Origin: Spirochaetia bacterium
Lineage (GTDB): Bacteria; Spirochaetota; Spirochaetia; SZUA-6; Bin103
Length of the DNA: 64,000 nucleotides
NCBI GenBank assembly: GCA_965199955.1
Contig: CBDATQ010000001.1
Coordinates: 320,001 to 384,000 of the forward strand
Direction: 5' to 3'
Positions 1 through 9,516 of the stretch are shown piece by piece (position 1 is the first letter of the stretch; the number at the start of each line of letters is the position of its first letter). Position numbers and translations under genes: made by a program. Under the pieces are notes generated by a model. The model saw only the letters and a program-made list of their open reading frames with translations, searched no databases and had not been told where the DNA came from.

Positions 1-4
1 CGAG

Positions 5-1264
5 GTGCGCATGGACCGCCTCCCGGAGTCCGACCCTTCGCTGCCGGCGTTCGAGCGCCGGCTCGCCTGGCACCTGCAGCCGCCGGCGCAGCGGCGTGCG
101 GACGGCCCGGGGCGCGACCCGTTTCAGGTGGGCGGCGACGGCGTGCTGCGCTTCGCCCACCACCGCTACTACCCGGAGATGCTCGACTGGGTGGCGGAGC
201 GAACCGCCGGGCTGATCGAGGGGGGCGTCGCTCCCGGCCAGATCGTGGTGCTGGCGCCGTTCCTGTCCGATGCGCTCCGGTTCGCGCTGGTCGACCGGCT
301 GGACCGGCTCGGGGTGCCGGCGCGCTCGCACCGTCCTTCGCGGGCGCTGCGCGAGGAGCCGGCGACCCGCTGCCTGCTGACGCTGGCGGCGCTGGCCCAT
401 CCGTCGTGGCGGCTGCCGGTCGCGCCGGCCGAGCTTGCCCACGCGCTGGTCGACGCGATCGACGGACTGGACCTGGTCCGTGCGCGCGTGCTGGCCGACG
501 CCCTGTTCGATCCCGCGCAGGCAGCCGCCGATGGGGCGCTGCGGCCGTTCGCGTCGGCTCCCGCCGGGGTGCACGAGCGTGTCACGTACACCGTCGGCGG
601 CCGCTACGAGGGCTTGCGCGTCTGGATCGACGACTACCGAGCCGCGGCGGACGTCGACCGGCTCGATCACTTCCTGCGGCGCCTGTTCGGCGAGGTGCTG
701 TCGCAGCCGGGGTACGGCTTTCACCATGCCCGCCCCCAGGCCCGCGACCATGGCCAGGTCGCGGCCCAACTGGTGGAGTCGGTGCGCAAGTTCCGGTGGG
801 TGACCGAGCGGCAACTCGCCGAGGCAGGCGAGTCCTCCGACCGCCAGTACGCCGCCACGGTCGCCGACGGCCTGATCGCGGCCCAGTACGTCGATCCGCG
901 CGATGTGGACGTGGAGGATGCGGTGCTGCTGACGCCGGCCTGGACGTTCCTGATGAGCAACCGGCGGGTCGATCACCAGTTCTGGATCGATGTGGGCGCG
1001 CGCGGCTGGTCGGAGCCGTTGCAGCAGCCACTGACCCAGCCGTACGTCCTCAGCCGCGGCTGGCCCGCGGGCCGCGTCTGGGGGGAGGAGGACGAGGCGA
1101 GAGAGGCCCGCGATCACCTGTACCGGCTGGCGGTCGGTCTGGTGCGGCGCTGCCGCACGGCCATCCACCTGGGCCTCTGCGACGTCAACGAGCAGGGATC
1201 GGAGTACCGCGGCCGGTTCCTGCGCGCCATCGACGCCGTACTGCGCTCGGCGCACGCGGCATGA
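5..1264 (+). CDS. C-terminal part of a helicase-like (AddB/AdnA-type partner) protein; 5' end probably outside window
   Basis: ORF with 'IVVLAPFLSDALRF' and C-terminal 'LVRRCRTAIHL' resembling degenerate SF1 motifs; stop overlaps next start (ATGA 1261-1264). Confidence 0.6.
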   Translation: MRMDRLPESDPSLPAFERRLAWHLQPPAQRRADGPGRDPFQVGGDGVLRFAHHRYYPEMLDWVAERTAGLIEGGVAPGQIVVLAPFLSDALRFALVDRLDRLGVPARSHRPSRALREEPATRCLLTLAALAHPSWRLPVAPAELAHALVDAIDGLDLVRARVLADALFDPAQAAADGALRPFASAPAGVHERVTYTVGGRYEGLRVWIDDYRAAADVDRLDHFLRRLFGEVLSQPGYGFHHARPQARDHGQVAAQLVESVRKFRWVTERQLAEAGESSDRQYAATVADGLIAAQYVDPRDVDVEDAVLLTPAWTFLMSNRRVDHQFWIDVGARGWSEPLQQPLTQPYVLSRGWPAGRVWGEEDEAREARDHLYRLAVGLVRRCRTAIHLGLCDVNEQGSEYRGRFLRAIDAVLRSAHAA

Positions 1265-3552
1265 GCGGCCCCGCCGCCGCGACCGCCTCCGCTCCGGCGT
1301 GGCAGGTCCCGCGCGGGTTCACGCCGCGGGAGAGCCAGCGCGCGATCCTGTCCTACGACGGCGGACCGATGGGGATCGCCGCCGTGCCCGGCAGCGGCAA
1401 GACGGAGACCGTTTCCATGCTGGTGGACCGCATCCTGGACCTGCAGGTCCTGGACGGCGAGCAGGAGATCCTGGTCGTCACGCTGGTCAACGCCGCCTGC
1501 GACAATCTCGCCCGCCGCGTGGATCAAGCGACCGCGGCGCGGACCCTGATGCCGGGCGTCGGCTACCGGGTGCGCACGCTGCACTCGCTGGCCGCCGACC
1601 TCGTGCGCGAGCGGCCGGAGGCGGTCGGGTTGACCGATGCCTTCGGGATCGTCGACCAGGAGCAATGCGACCAGATCCGCCGCCAGGTCGCGGTCGCCTG
1701 GCTGCGCGGCAACGGGTCCCGTTGCGAGTGGCTGCTGGATCCCGAGTTGCCGGAGGCGCGCCGTGCGTTCGTGCGCCGCGAGCGGCTGCCGGCGCTGATC
1801 GAGGACCTCGGCGCCGACTTCATCCGCTACGCCAAGGGCGAGCGCGTGCGCCCGGATCAACTGCATGCGGTGCTGCGCGACCACGGGGACGGCGGCGACG
1901 CTCGCCTGGCGGAGATCGGCGCGGCCCTGTACGCCGACTACCAGCGCGCCCTGTCCTACCGCGGCGCGCTGGATTTCGACGACCTGATCTGGCGCGCGCT
2001 GGACCTGCTGGAAGCCGACCCGGAGCTGCTGGGGCGGCTCCGCGAGCGGTGGCCGTTCATCCTGGAGGACGAGGCGCAGGACTCCAGCGAGGTGCAGGAG
2101 CGGATCCTCTCCCTGCTGGCCGGCGAGCAGGGCAACTGGGTCCGCGTCGGTGACCCGAATCAGGCCATCTTCGAGACCTTCACCACCGCCGACCCGAGGT
2201 TCCTGCGCGAGTTCCTGGATCGCGAAGACGTGGGGGCGCGGGAGCTTCCCGAATCGGGCCGCTCGGCCCCGCTCATCATCGCGGTTGCCAACCGGATGAT
2301 CGACTGGACCACCGGCTGCCATCCGGTGGCGGAGGCGCGCGACGCGCTCGGCCTTCCGCACGTGCGCCCGACGCCGCCCGGCGATCCGCAGCCCAACCCT
2401 CCCGACACGCAGGCCACCGTCGCCTTCATCGACAAGCCGTTCGCCCCGGAACGCGAGGCGGCGGCGGTCGCCGATTCGGTCAGCCGCTTCCTGCCGGCCA
2501 ATCCGGACGCGACCGTGGCGGTGCTGGCGCCCAGCAACCACCGCGCGGCCGATCTGGTGCAGGCGATCCGGGAGCGCGGGATGCGCTGCGTGGAGAGCCT
2601 GCTGGCCAGCACCGGCGCCACCCGCGCGGTCGCCGAGGTCGTCGGCCACGTGCTGCGCGCCCTGGCCGAGCCCGGCTCCGCCTTCGCGCTGGCCGACTGT
2701 TACCTGGCGTGGCGGCGCGCCGACCGCGACGATCCGAAGGCCTGGGCCGAGGCGGAGGCGGGAGCGCGCCGGGTACGCGGCTGCGAGGCGCTGGAGGATT
2801 ACCTCTGGCCGCGCCTGGGCCGCGACTGGATGGCCGGGCAGGACGCCGAAGCGGCCGAGCGCGAGCGCTTCGAGCGCTTCGCCGACCTGGTGCGGCGCTG
2901 GCAGGGGGCGGCGGCGCTGCCGATCGACCAGCTCGTGCTGACCGTCTCGCAGGACCTGTTCGAAGAGCCCGACGAGCTGGCGGTCGCCTTCAAGCTGGCG
3001 GTGAGCCTGCGGCAGGCCGGGCGCATGCATCCGCGCTGGGGCATCCGCGAGATGATCGACGAGCTGAAGGCGATCGCCGGCAACCGGCGCCGGTTCGCGA
3101 GCTTCACGCCGGATCAGTCCGGCTTCGATCCCGCGGCGCACCGCGGCGCGGCGGTGGTCGCCACCATGCACAAGGCCAAGGGGCTGGAGTGGGACCGGGT
3201 CTACCTGACCTCCGTGAACGCCTACGACTATCCGGGCGACCCCGACGCCGACCGGTTCATCGCGGAGAAGTGGTACCTGGCCGGCCGGCTCAACGCGGCC
3301 ATGGAGGCATGCGAGGAGGCGCGCTGCCTGCTCGCCGGCGGCGAGTACCGACGCCATGAGGCGACGTGGCGCGCGCGCATCGACTACATTCGTGAGCGTC
3401 TGCGGCTCCTGTTCGTCGGCATCACCCGCGCCAGGCGCGATCTGATCGTGACCTGGAACACCGGCCGGGGAGGCGACATCGGCCCCGCCGCCGCGTTCAG
3501 CGCGCTCGCCGAATGGTGGGATGGGGAGAAGGACAGACATGGCGATCGCTGA
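1261..3552 (+). CDS. UvrD/Rep (SF1) ATP-dependent DNA helicase
   Basis: Walker A AVPGSGKT, DEAQD, VGDPNQAI, ATMHKAKGLEWD, LFVGITRAR; start taken at ATG 1261. Confidence 0.9.
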   Translation: MSGPAAATASAPAWQVPRGFTPRESQRAILSYDGGPMGIAAVPGSGKTETVSMLVDRILDLQVLDGEQEILVVTLVNAACDNLARRVDQATAARTLMPGVGYRVRTLHSLAADLVRERPEAVGLTDAFGIVDQEQCDQIRRQVAVAWLRGNGSRCEWLLDPELPEARRAFVRRERLPALIEDLGADFIRYAKGERVRPDQLHAVLRDHGDGGDARLAEIGAALYADYQRALSYRGALDFDDLIWRALDLLEADPELLGRLRERWPFILEDEAQDSSEVQERILSLLAGEQGNWVRVGDPNQAIFETFTTADPRFLREFLDREDVGARELPESGRSAPLIIAVANRMIDWTTGCHPVAEARDALGLPHVRPTPPGDPQPNPPDTQATVAFIDKPFAPEREAAAVADSVSRFLPANPDATVAVLAPSNHRAADLVQAIRERGMRCVESLLASTGATRAVAEVVGHVLRALAEPGSAFALADCYLAWRRADRDDPKAWAEAEAGARRVRGCEALEDYLWPRLGRDWMAGQDAEAAERERFERFADLVRRWQGAAALPIDQLVLTVSQDLFEEPDELAVAFKLAVSLRQAGRMHPRWGIREMIDELKAIAGNRRRFASFTPDQSGFDPAAHRGAAVVATMHKAKGLEWDRVYLTSVNAYDYPGDPDADRFIAEKWYLAGRLNAAMEACEEARCLLAGGEYRRHEATWRARIDYIRERLRLLFVGITRARRDLIVTWNTGRGGDIGPAAAFSALAEWWDGEKDRHGDR

Positions 3553-4417
3553 CGACCTGACCCTGAGCCAGGCCAGCCTGCAGGACTACGTCGAGTGCCC
3601 GCGCCGGTTCCAGCTTCGCTACCTGGACCGCCGGGAGTGGCCGGCCGTGGAGGCGGAGCCGGCCGGCCGCTACGAGCGGCTGCGTCGCGACGGGGCGGAG
3701 TTCCACCGCATGGTCCACCAGTATCTGCTCGGCGTACCGCCGGAGCGCCTGCGCTCCCTGGCCGAGCACCGGTCCGAGCCCGGCGGCGGGGACGGGTTGG
3801 CCGACTGGTGGCGGTCCTTCTTCGAGCACCGGCCGGCCGATCTGCCGGGGGAGCGCTATCCCGAGGTGACGCTGGCGGCGGAGGTCGCCGGCGGGCGGCT
3901 GGCCGCCAAGTACGACCTGATCGTCGTGGAGGAAGGCGGCGCGGTGATCCTGGACTGGAAGACGGCCGGCCGCCGGCCGCGGGACACGACGGTGGCAGGA
4001 AGGCTGCAGACTCGGGTGTACCCGTACCTGTTGGCGCTGGCCGGCGCCGCGTTGAACGGCGGCGTGCCGATCGCGCCCGAACGGATCGAGATGCGCTACT
4101 GGTACGCGGCGTTTCCCAACGAGCCCACCGTCATCCCCTACGACCGCGACCGGTTCGACGCGGACGGCGCCTACCTCACCGGATTGCTGCAGGAGATCTC
4201 GGAACGGCCGCCCGACGGCTTCGAGCGCACCGAGGACCGTGACCGCTGCAAGCTGTGCACCTACCGTTCGCTCTGCGGAAGGGGGACGGCCGCCGGGGAA
4301 GTGGACCCCGAGGCGACCGCCGCGGCGGACGCGGAGCAGGACTTCGTGCTGCCGATCGACGATGGTGAAGAAGGGATCGGGTTCGACTATGCCGAGGCGG
4401 GCGAGGTGTCCTTCTGA
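3539..4417 (+). CDS. PD-(D/E)XK nuclease (AddB/Cas4-like) with 4-Cys Fe-S motif
   Basis: S-x-S-L..Y..CPRRF, KYDLI, ILDWKT, Q..VY, CKLCTYRSLC. Confidence 0.85.
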   Translation: MAIADDLTLSQASLQDYVECPRRFQLRYLDRREWPAVEAEPAGRYERLRRDGAEFHRMVHQYLLGVPPERLRSLAEHRSEPGGGDGLADWWRSFFEHRPADLPGERYPEVTLAAEVAGGRLAAKYDLIVVEEGGAVILDWKTAGRRPRDTTVAGRLQTRVYPYLLALAGAALNGGVPIAPERIEMRYWYAAFPNEPTVIPYDRDRFDADGAYLTGLLQEISERPPDGFERTEDRDRCKLCTYRSLCGRGTAAGEVDPEATAAADAEQDFVLPIDDGEEGIGFDYAEAGEVSF

Positions 4418-6738
4418 TGGCGGCCGGCGGGATCGCGCCGCGCTGGGAGGAGCCGGCGCCGGTCGCAGTGCCTGCGGCGCTGCGGGACGCCGTCGGCGGC
4501 CCTCCCGTGCTGGCCGAGACCCTGGTGCGGCGCGGCTACGACACCCCGGAGCGCGCCCTGGCGTTTCTGGATCCCCGCCGCTACCGGCCGGCGCCGGCCG
4601 CCGACCTGCCGGACATGGAGCGCGCGGCCGACCGGATCGAACGGGCCCTCCGCGACGGCGAGCGCATCGGCGTCTGGGGGGACTTCGACGTCGACGGCCA
4701 GACTTCGACCACGGTGCTGGTGGAGACGCTGCGGCGCTTGGGAGCCGATCCGCTGTTCCACATTCCCGTTCGCGCGCGGGAGTCGCACGGGGTGGGCGTG
4801 GAGGCGCTGCGCGGGTTCCTGGATTCGGGCGTCACGCTGATGCTCACCTGCGACACCGGCGTGGATGCGCACGAAGCGGTCGAGTACGCGGCCGGCCGCG
4901 GGGTGGACGTGGTCATCACCGACCATCACGACCTGCCCGAGGAACTGCCGCCGGCGCTGGCGGTGATAAATCCGAAGCGGATCGACGGGCCTCACCCGCT
5001 GCGCACCCTGCCCGGCGTGGGGGTCGCGTTCCAGGTGGCGCGCGAGCTGTTCGGCCGCGCCGGCCGCATCGAAGAGTCGCGGGAGCTGCTCGACCTGGTG
5101 GCGCTGGGAGTGGTGGCCGATCTGGCCGAGCAGGTGGACGATACGCGGTTCTGGCTGCAGGTAGGGCTGATGGTGCTGCGGCGCACCGCGCGGGTCGGCC
5201 TGCAGGTGATGATGGAGCTGGCCGAGCTGAACCGGGAGATGCTGGGCGAGGAGCAGATCAGCTTCACGCTGGGACCGCGCCTGAACGCCATCGGCCGGCT
5301 CGGCGACGCCAACCCCATCGTCGAGCTGATGACGACCGGCTCGCGCGAGGCCGCCCGCCGGCAGGCACTGGAGCTGGAGCGGTTGAACGCCCGCCGGCGC
5401 CTGCTCACCGACCAGGTATTCGACGCCGCCTGCGAGCAGATCGAGGCGGACCCGGGCATCCTCGACCACCCCGGCCTGGTCCTCTGGCACTCCGATTGGC
5501 CGGCGGGCGTGATCGGCATCGTCGCCAGCCGGCTGGTCGAGCGCTTCCACCGGCCCACGCTGCTGTTGGCGTCGCCCGCGGACGGGCCGGTGCGCGGCTC
5601 GGCCCGCTCGATCGCGGGCTGCAACGTCACGGCCGCGATCGCCGCCTGCGCGGAGCTGCTGGACGGCTTCGGCGGCCACCCCATGGCGGCCGGCGTGTCC
5701 CTGCAGCCGGACCGGCTGCAGGCGTTCCGCCGGGAGTTGCAGGGCGCCCTGCGCGAGCAGATCGGCGATGGCCCGCCGGCTCCCCGCCTGCCGATCGACG
5801 GCGTGCTCGACCTCGGACAGACCGGCCTGGACCTGGTGGAGGCGCTGGACGGCCTCGGCCCGTTCGGCCCGGGGAACCGGTCGCTCACCTTCGCCAGCCA
5901 CGACGTGACGATCAAGGGGGTCACCGGACTCGGGCGCGGCGGCAAGCACCGCAAGCTGCTGGTCGCGGACCGCACCGGGGCGACCCGCTCGGTGATGTGG
6001 TGGCAGTCGGGCGGCGCCCTGCCTCCGGAGGGCCCCATCGACCTGGCGTACCGGATCTCCGTCAACGACTACCGCGGCAACCGGTCGCTGCAGGTGGAGT
6101 GGATCGACGCCAGGCCGGCCGCCGCTCCCACGGCGATCGCCGTGGGGACCGAGCCGCCGGCCGTCGTCGACCATCGCGCCGGTGACGCTGCGGGCGGACT
6201 GACCGCACTGGTGGAGGGGCTGGCGGAGCCGCCCGTGATTTGGGGCGAGGACGGCGTTGACGAACCGGCGAGCGGCCGCGACCGGATCGGCCCGGCGCAG
6301 ACGCTGGTGGTGTGGACGACGCCGCCGGGGCGCCACGAGCTGCAGCAGGTGCTGCGGCGGGCTCAGCCCCGCACGGTGCACCTGTTCGCGGTCGATCCCC
6401 GGACCGCACGGGCCGACCGGTTTCTGGCGTGCCTGGCCGGGCTGTGCAAGCACGCGGTCCGTCACCGCGAAGGCCGCGTCGCGATCGCCCGGCTGGCCGC
6501 GGCCAGCTCCCACCGCGAAGCGACGGTGCGCGCCGGCCTGGCCTGGCTCGCCGCCCGCGGCGACCTCACCGTGGTGCGCCAGGACGGCGAATCGGTGACG
6601 CTGGCCGACGGCGGTGAGGCTGACCTTGAGGCCAGCGCCCGCGCGGAAGCCGATGTCCGCGAGCTGCTCACCGAGACGGCAGCCTACCGCCTCTTCTACG
6701 CGTCCGTGCCGCTCGACGAGCTGGTGCGGACGCTCTAG
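4417..6738 (+). CDS. recJ: Single-stranded-DNA-specific exonuclease RecJ with C-terminal extension
   Basis: GDFDVDG, TCDTG, ITDHH, GPRLNAIGRL, RGSARS, GGHPMAAG, PFGPGN. Confidence 0.95.
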   Translation: MAAGGIAPRWEEPAPVAVPAALRDAVGGPPVLAETLVRRGYDTPERALAFLDPRRYRPAPAADLPDMERAADRIERALRDGERIGVWGDFDVDGQTSTTVLVETLRRLGADPLFHIPVRARESHGVGVEALRGFLDSGVTLMLTCDTGVDAHEAVEYAAGRGVDVVITDHHDLPEELPPALAVINPKRIDGPHPLRTLPGVGVAFQVARELFGRAGRIEESRELLDLVALGVVADLAEQVDDTRFWLQVGLMVLRRTARVGLQVMMELAELNREMLGEEQISFTLGPRLNAIGRLGDANPIVELMTTGSREAARRQALELERLNARRRLLTDQVFDAACEQIEADPGILDHPGLVLWHSDWPAGVIGIVASRLVERFHRPTLLLASPADGPVRGSARSIAGCNVTAAIAACAELLDGFGGHPMAAGVSLQPDRLQAFRRELQGALREQIGDGPPAPRLPIDGVLDLGQTGLDLVEALDGLGPFGPGNRSLTFASHDVTIKGVTGLGRGGKHRKLLVADRTGATRSVMWWQSGGALPPEGPIDLAYRISVNDYRGNRSLQVEWIDARPAAAPTAIAVGTEPPAVVDHRAGDAAGGLTALVEGLAEPPVIWGEDGVDEPASGRDRIGPAQTLVVWTTPPGRHELQQVLRRAQPRTVHLFAVDPRTARADRFLACLAGLCKHAVRHREGRVAIARLAAASSHREATVRAGLAWLAARGDLTVVRQDGESVTLADGGEADLEASARAEADVRELLTETAAYRLFYASVPLDELVRTL

Positions 6739-8732
6739 CCCGAAGTTCCAGGAGCGAAATTGCCTGAAGTCCTTGTGGTCAGGGTAGTTTCTCAATGGTG
6801 CAGGTTCCTGTGCATGGCTACATGCGGGGCGTGACCCCAAGCAGCTCGAAACAGCGCTGCTGAACCGGTGTCGGGTGCGTGTGCAGCGTGAACGTGCTGC
6901 CGCCCTCTGCAACCTGCATCGTGTTCGCCGTCAGCGTGCCCAGCTCAGTGATCAGCGTGCGAAAGCTGTGCACCGGCAACCCGTCCTCGGTGCGCTTGCT
7001 CGACGCCTTGGCCGCCGCGGCCGCCGATCGCTGCGCCGGAGCCACCTCGGAGACCCGCTTGCGCTCGGCGCCCTGTCGATCGTGATCGTCGAACAGCAAC
7101 GGCGCCAGCGAGCGCCGCATGTGCCACTCCACGTAGTAGGCCAGCATGCACAGCAGCACGTGCGCCCGCACCCGATCGGCGCGCCGGTGGTGAATCGGGC
7201 GCACCTTCAGGTCCACGGACTTCATGCACCGAAACGCCCGCTCCACCTTCGACAGCCCCTTGTAGGCGCGCACCGTCTGCGCCGCGTCGAGCACCTGCGG
7301 CTCCACGTTGCTGCGCACGATGTACAGCCCGTCCAGCGCCTGCTCGGCGGCGATCTTGTGCTCATCGCGCCGAAAGCTGAACGACTCGGAGGTGATCTCG
7401 GTCACGAAGTGCTTGCCCACCTTGTAGTGATTGATCACCTTGCCGACCCGCATGCCGATCTCGGCCTCGCCCCGTAGCGGCTGATGGACGCGCTGGGTGG
7501 CCTGAGCGATCGGGGCCAGCTTCTGCTCGGTGGCCTGTAGCAGCTCCTGGCGCTTGCGCTTCCGTTCGTCGGCCAGCAACGGGTTGCGGCACACGATCAG
7601 CCGCTCGCCCGGAAACTCCTCGCTGGTGATCTCGGCCAGGTCGCGCTCGTCGAACAACGACGGCGCCACCTCGCCGGCGGCCACCAGCTTGCGGATCGTC
7701 GGCGCGCGCAGCGTGGTGATCCAGCGCAGCCCCTCCACCTCTTGCAGGTCCTCGCGGATCCTCGCCGCGCTCAGCATCCCGCGGTCGCCGACCAGCACCA
7801 CCCGCGTGAGTCCGAAGCGGGTGCGGATCTTGTCCACCTGCGCGCTCACCGTCTTCGGGTCGGCGGTAGAGCCAGGGAATACCTCCACCGCCACCGGACA
7901 GCCTTCCTGGGTGCACAGCAGCCCGAACACGATCTGCAGCGTGCCCGACTTGCCGTCACGGCTGTGTCCCAACTGCGCCAGCTCGCAGTGGCTGCCCTCG
8001 AAGTAGGTCGAGCTCACGTCGTAGAGCACCAGCGTGTGCTCGCTGAGGTGCTGTTCGGCCAGGCGGTCCTCGATCGCCGCCTGGCGCCCGACCAACCAGT
8101 CCATCGCCTCGTAGAGCTCGTTCTCATCGACCTCCCCCAACCGCAGCGACTCGCCCAGGGTGGACACGGCGCTGGGCGGTGAGAGCGCGCGGGCGGTGGC
8201 CAGCTTGGACTGCGCGTCGATGACGCGGGCGGTGATCATGGCGATGATCAGCTCGCGCGAGCGGCTGGCCTTGCGGGCGATGAGGGTATGGAGTCCGAGC
8301 TGCTTGAGGATGCCCAGCACGGCGGCGACGTGGCCGTGGGGCAGCGAGCGCGTGAGCAGCAACGCATCCGAGACCGAGGCGAAGGCGTGGCCGCCCTTGA
8401 GCAGGGTGCGCAAGCCGTCGACCAGATCAGGGGGCCATTTGGAGAGGTTCGCGAGCGTGCGCTTCTTGACCTTGCCGTGCTCGCGGTAGGACTCGCGGAG
8501 CAGGATGGCAGGGGGAGAGGAGCGGTTGGGGACAGACTCGATGTACATGACTACTGATCTGTGGCAACAGAATACACACAAGTCACGATATGTCAAGATC
8601 AAATAGCATGTATCTCGCCGCTATTCACCACCATATACATGGACACGAAACGACGCCAATCAGCACGCAGATCACCTTGCAACTAATTTCTGTCAATGAA
8701 GTTACGAGAGATTCACGCTCTGGAACTTCGGT
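6739..8732 (-). mobile_element. Complete IS1634-family insertion sequence
   Basis: Terminal inverted repeats CCCGAAGTTCCAG (6739-6751) and CTGGAACTTCGGT (8720-8732), 12/13 match; flanked by CTAG at 6735-6738 and 8733-8736. Confidence 0.88.
6818..8548 (-). CDS. IS1634-family DDE transposase
   Basis: MYIESVPNRSSPPAILLRESYRE, LYDVSSTYFEG, GHSRD, VGDRGM, Y..L..VERAFR, RPIHH; no internal stop. Confidence 0.92.
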   Translation of the reverse strand: MYIESVPNRSSPPAILLRESYREHGKVKKRTLANLSKWPPDLVDGLRTLLKGGHAFASVSDALLLTRSLPHGHVAAVLGILKQLGLHTLIARKASRSRELIIAMITARVIDAQSKLATARALSPPSAVSTLGESLRLGEVDENELYEAMDWLVGRQAAIEDRLAEQHLSEHTLVLYDVSSTYFEGSHCELAQLGHSRDGKSGTLQIVFGLLCTQEGCPVAVEVFPGSTADPKTVSAQVDKIRTRFGLTRVVLVGDRGMLSAARIREDLQEVEGLRWITTLRAPTIRKLVAAGEVAPSLFDERDLAEITSEEFPGERLIVCRNPLLADERKRKRQELLQATEQKLAPIAQATQRVHQPLRGEAEIGMRVGKVINHYKVGKHFVTEITSESFSFRRDEHKIAAEQALDGLYIVRSNVEPQVLDAAQTVRAYKGLSKVERAFRCMKSVDLKVRPIHHRRADRVRAHVLLCMLAYYVEWHMRRSLAPLLFDDHDRQGAERKRVSEVAPAQRSAAAAAKASSKRTEDGLPVHSFRTLITELGTLTANTMQVAEGGSTFTLHTHPTPVQQRCFELLGVTPRM

Positions 8733-8799
8733 CTAGCGAGTTGGAATTATACCAGCAGGATGGCGGCACGCCGTTTGACCGTGCGCGTGGCCGGCGGGG

Positions 8800-9516
8800 A
8801 TGATCGGCGCCGTGGCCGCAGAGGCGGGTTCGCTCTTCGTCGTCGCCACACCGATCGGGAACCTGGAGGACATCACCCTGCGCGCGATGCGCGTGCTGGG
8901 CGAGCTGGACGCGCTGGCCTGCGAGGACACGCGGCGCACCCGCGCCATCTACGAGCACTACGATCTGCCGCGGCCGCGCATTATTTTCTCCTGCCACCGC
9001 CACAACGAAGCCGCTGCCGGGGCGCGCATCCTGGCGCTGCTCGCGCGCGGCGAGTCCGTGGGCCTGGTGTCCAGCGCCGGCTACCCGTGCATCAGCGATC
9101 CCGGCCACCTGGTCGTCCGGCAGGCGATCGAGGCCGGCCATTGCGTGGAGGTGATTCCGGGCGCCAGCGCCGTGCCCTGCGCGCTGATCGTCTCCGGCCT
9201 GCCGACCGGCTCCTACCTGTTCCTGGGCTTTCCGCCGCGCAAGGCGGGGCGGCTGCAGACGGCGCTGGCTGCGGCGGCGGACGGGGAGCATACGCTGGTG
9301 CTGTTCGAGGCACCCGGGCGGGTCGCGGCGCTGCTGCAGGCGGCGGCAGCCGCGCTCGGCGACCGCCGGGCCGCGGTCTGCATCGAGCTGACCAAGCGGT
9401 TCGAGCAGGTTCATCGCGGCTACCTGACGGACCTGATCGAGCGCGTCGACGGGATGGATCTGCGTGGGGAGGTGTGCGTTGTCATCGCCGGCAACGACCG
9501 GCGGCTCGTCCGCTGA
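8800..9516 (+). CDS. rsmI: 16S rRNA (cytidine1402-2'-O)-methyltransferase
   Basis: VVATPIGNLEDITLRA, ACEDTR, AGYPCISDPG, IPGASA, ELTKRFE. Confidence 0.93.
   Translation: MIGAVAAEAGSLFVVATPIGNLEDITLRAMRVLGELDALACEDTRRTRAIYEHYDLPRPRIIFSCHRHNEAAAGARILALLARGESVGLVSSAGYPCISDPGHLVVRQAIEAGHCVEVIPGASAVPCALIVSGLPTGSYLFLGFPPRKAGRLQTALAAAADGEHTLVLFEAPGRVAALLQAAAAALGDRRAAVCIELTKRFEQVHRGYLTDLIERVDGMDLRGEVCVVIAGNDRRLVR

Noticed and set aside
406..1260. N-terminal 285 aa of the 1048-aa ORF
   Set aside because: Overlaps the upstream gene in another frame with Arg/Gly/Pro-rich shadow composition; the real start is the coupled ATG at 1261
3539..4417. Cas4 / CRISPR-Cas locus
   Set aside because: The nuclease is Cas4-like, but I saw no cas1/cas2 and no repeat-spacer array in the window; the context is DNA repair
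1114..6912. Long antisense ORFs (808 aa, 841 aa) and similar ones across the window
   Set aside because: Mirror frames of real genes in high-GC DNA with no recognisable motifs
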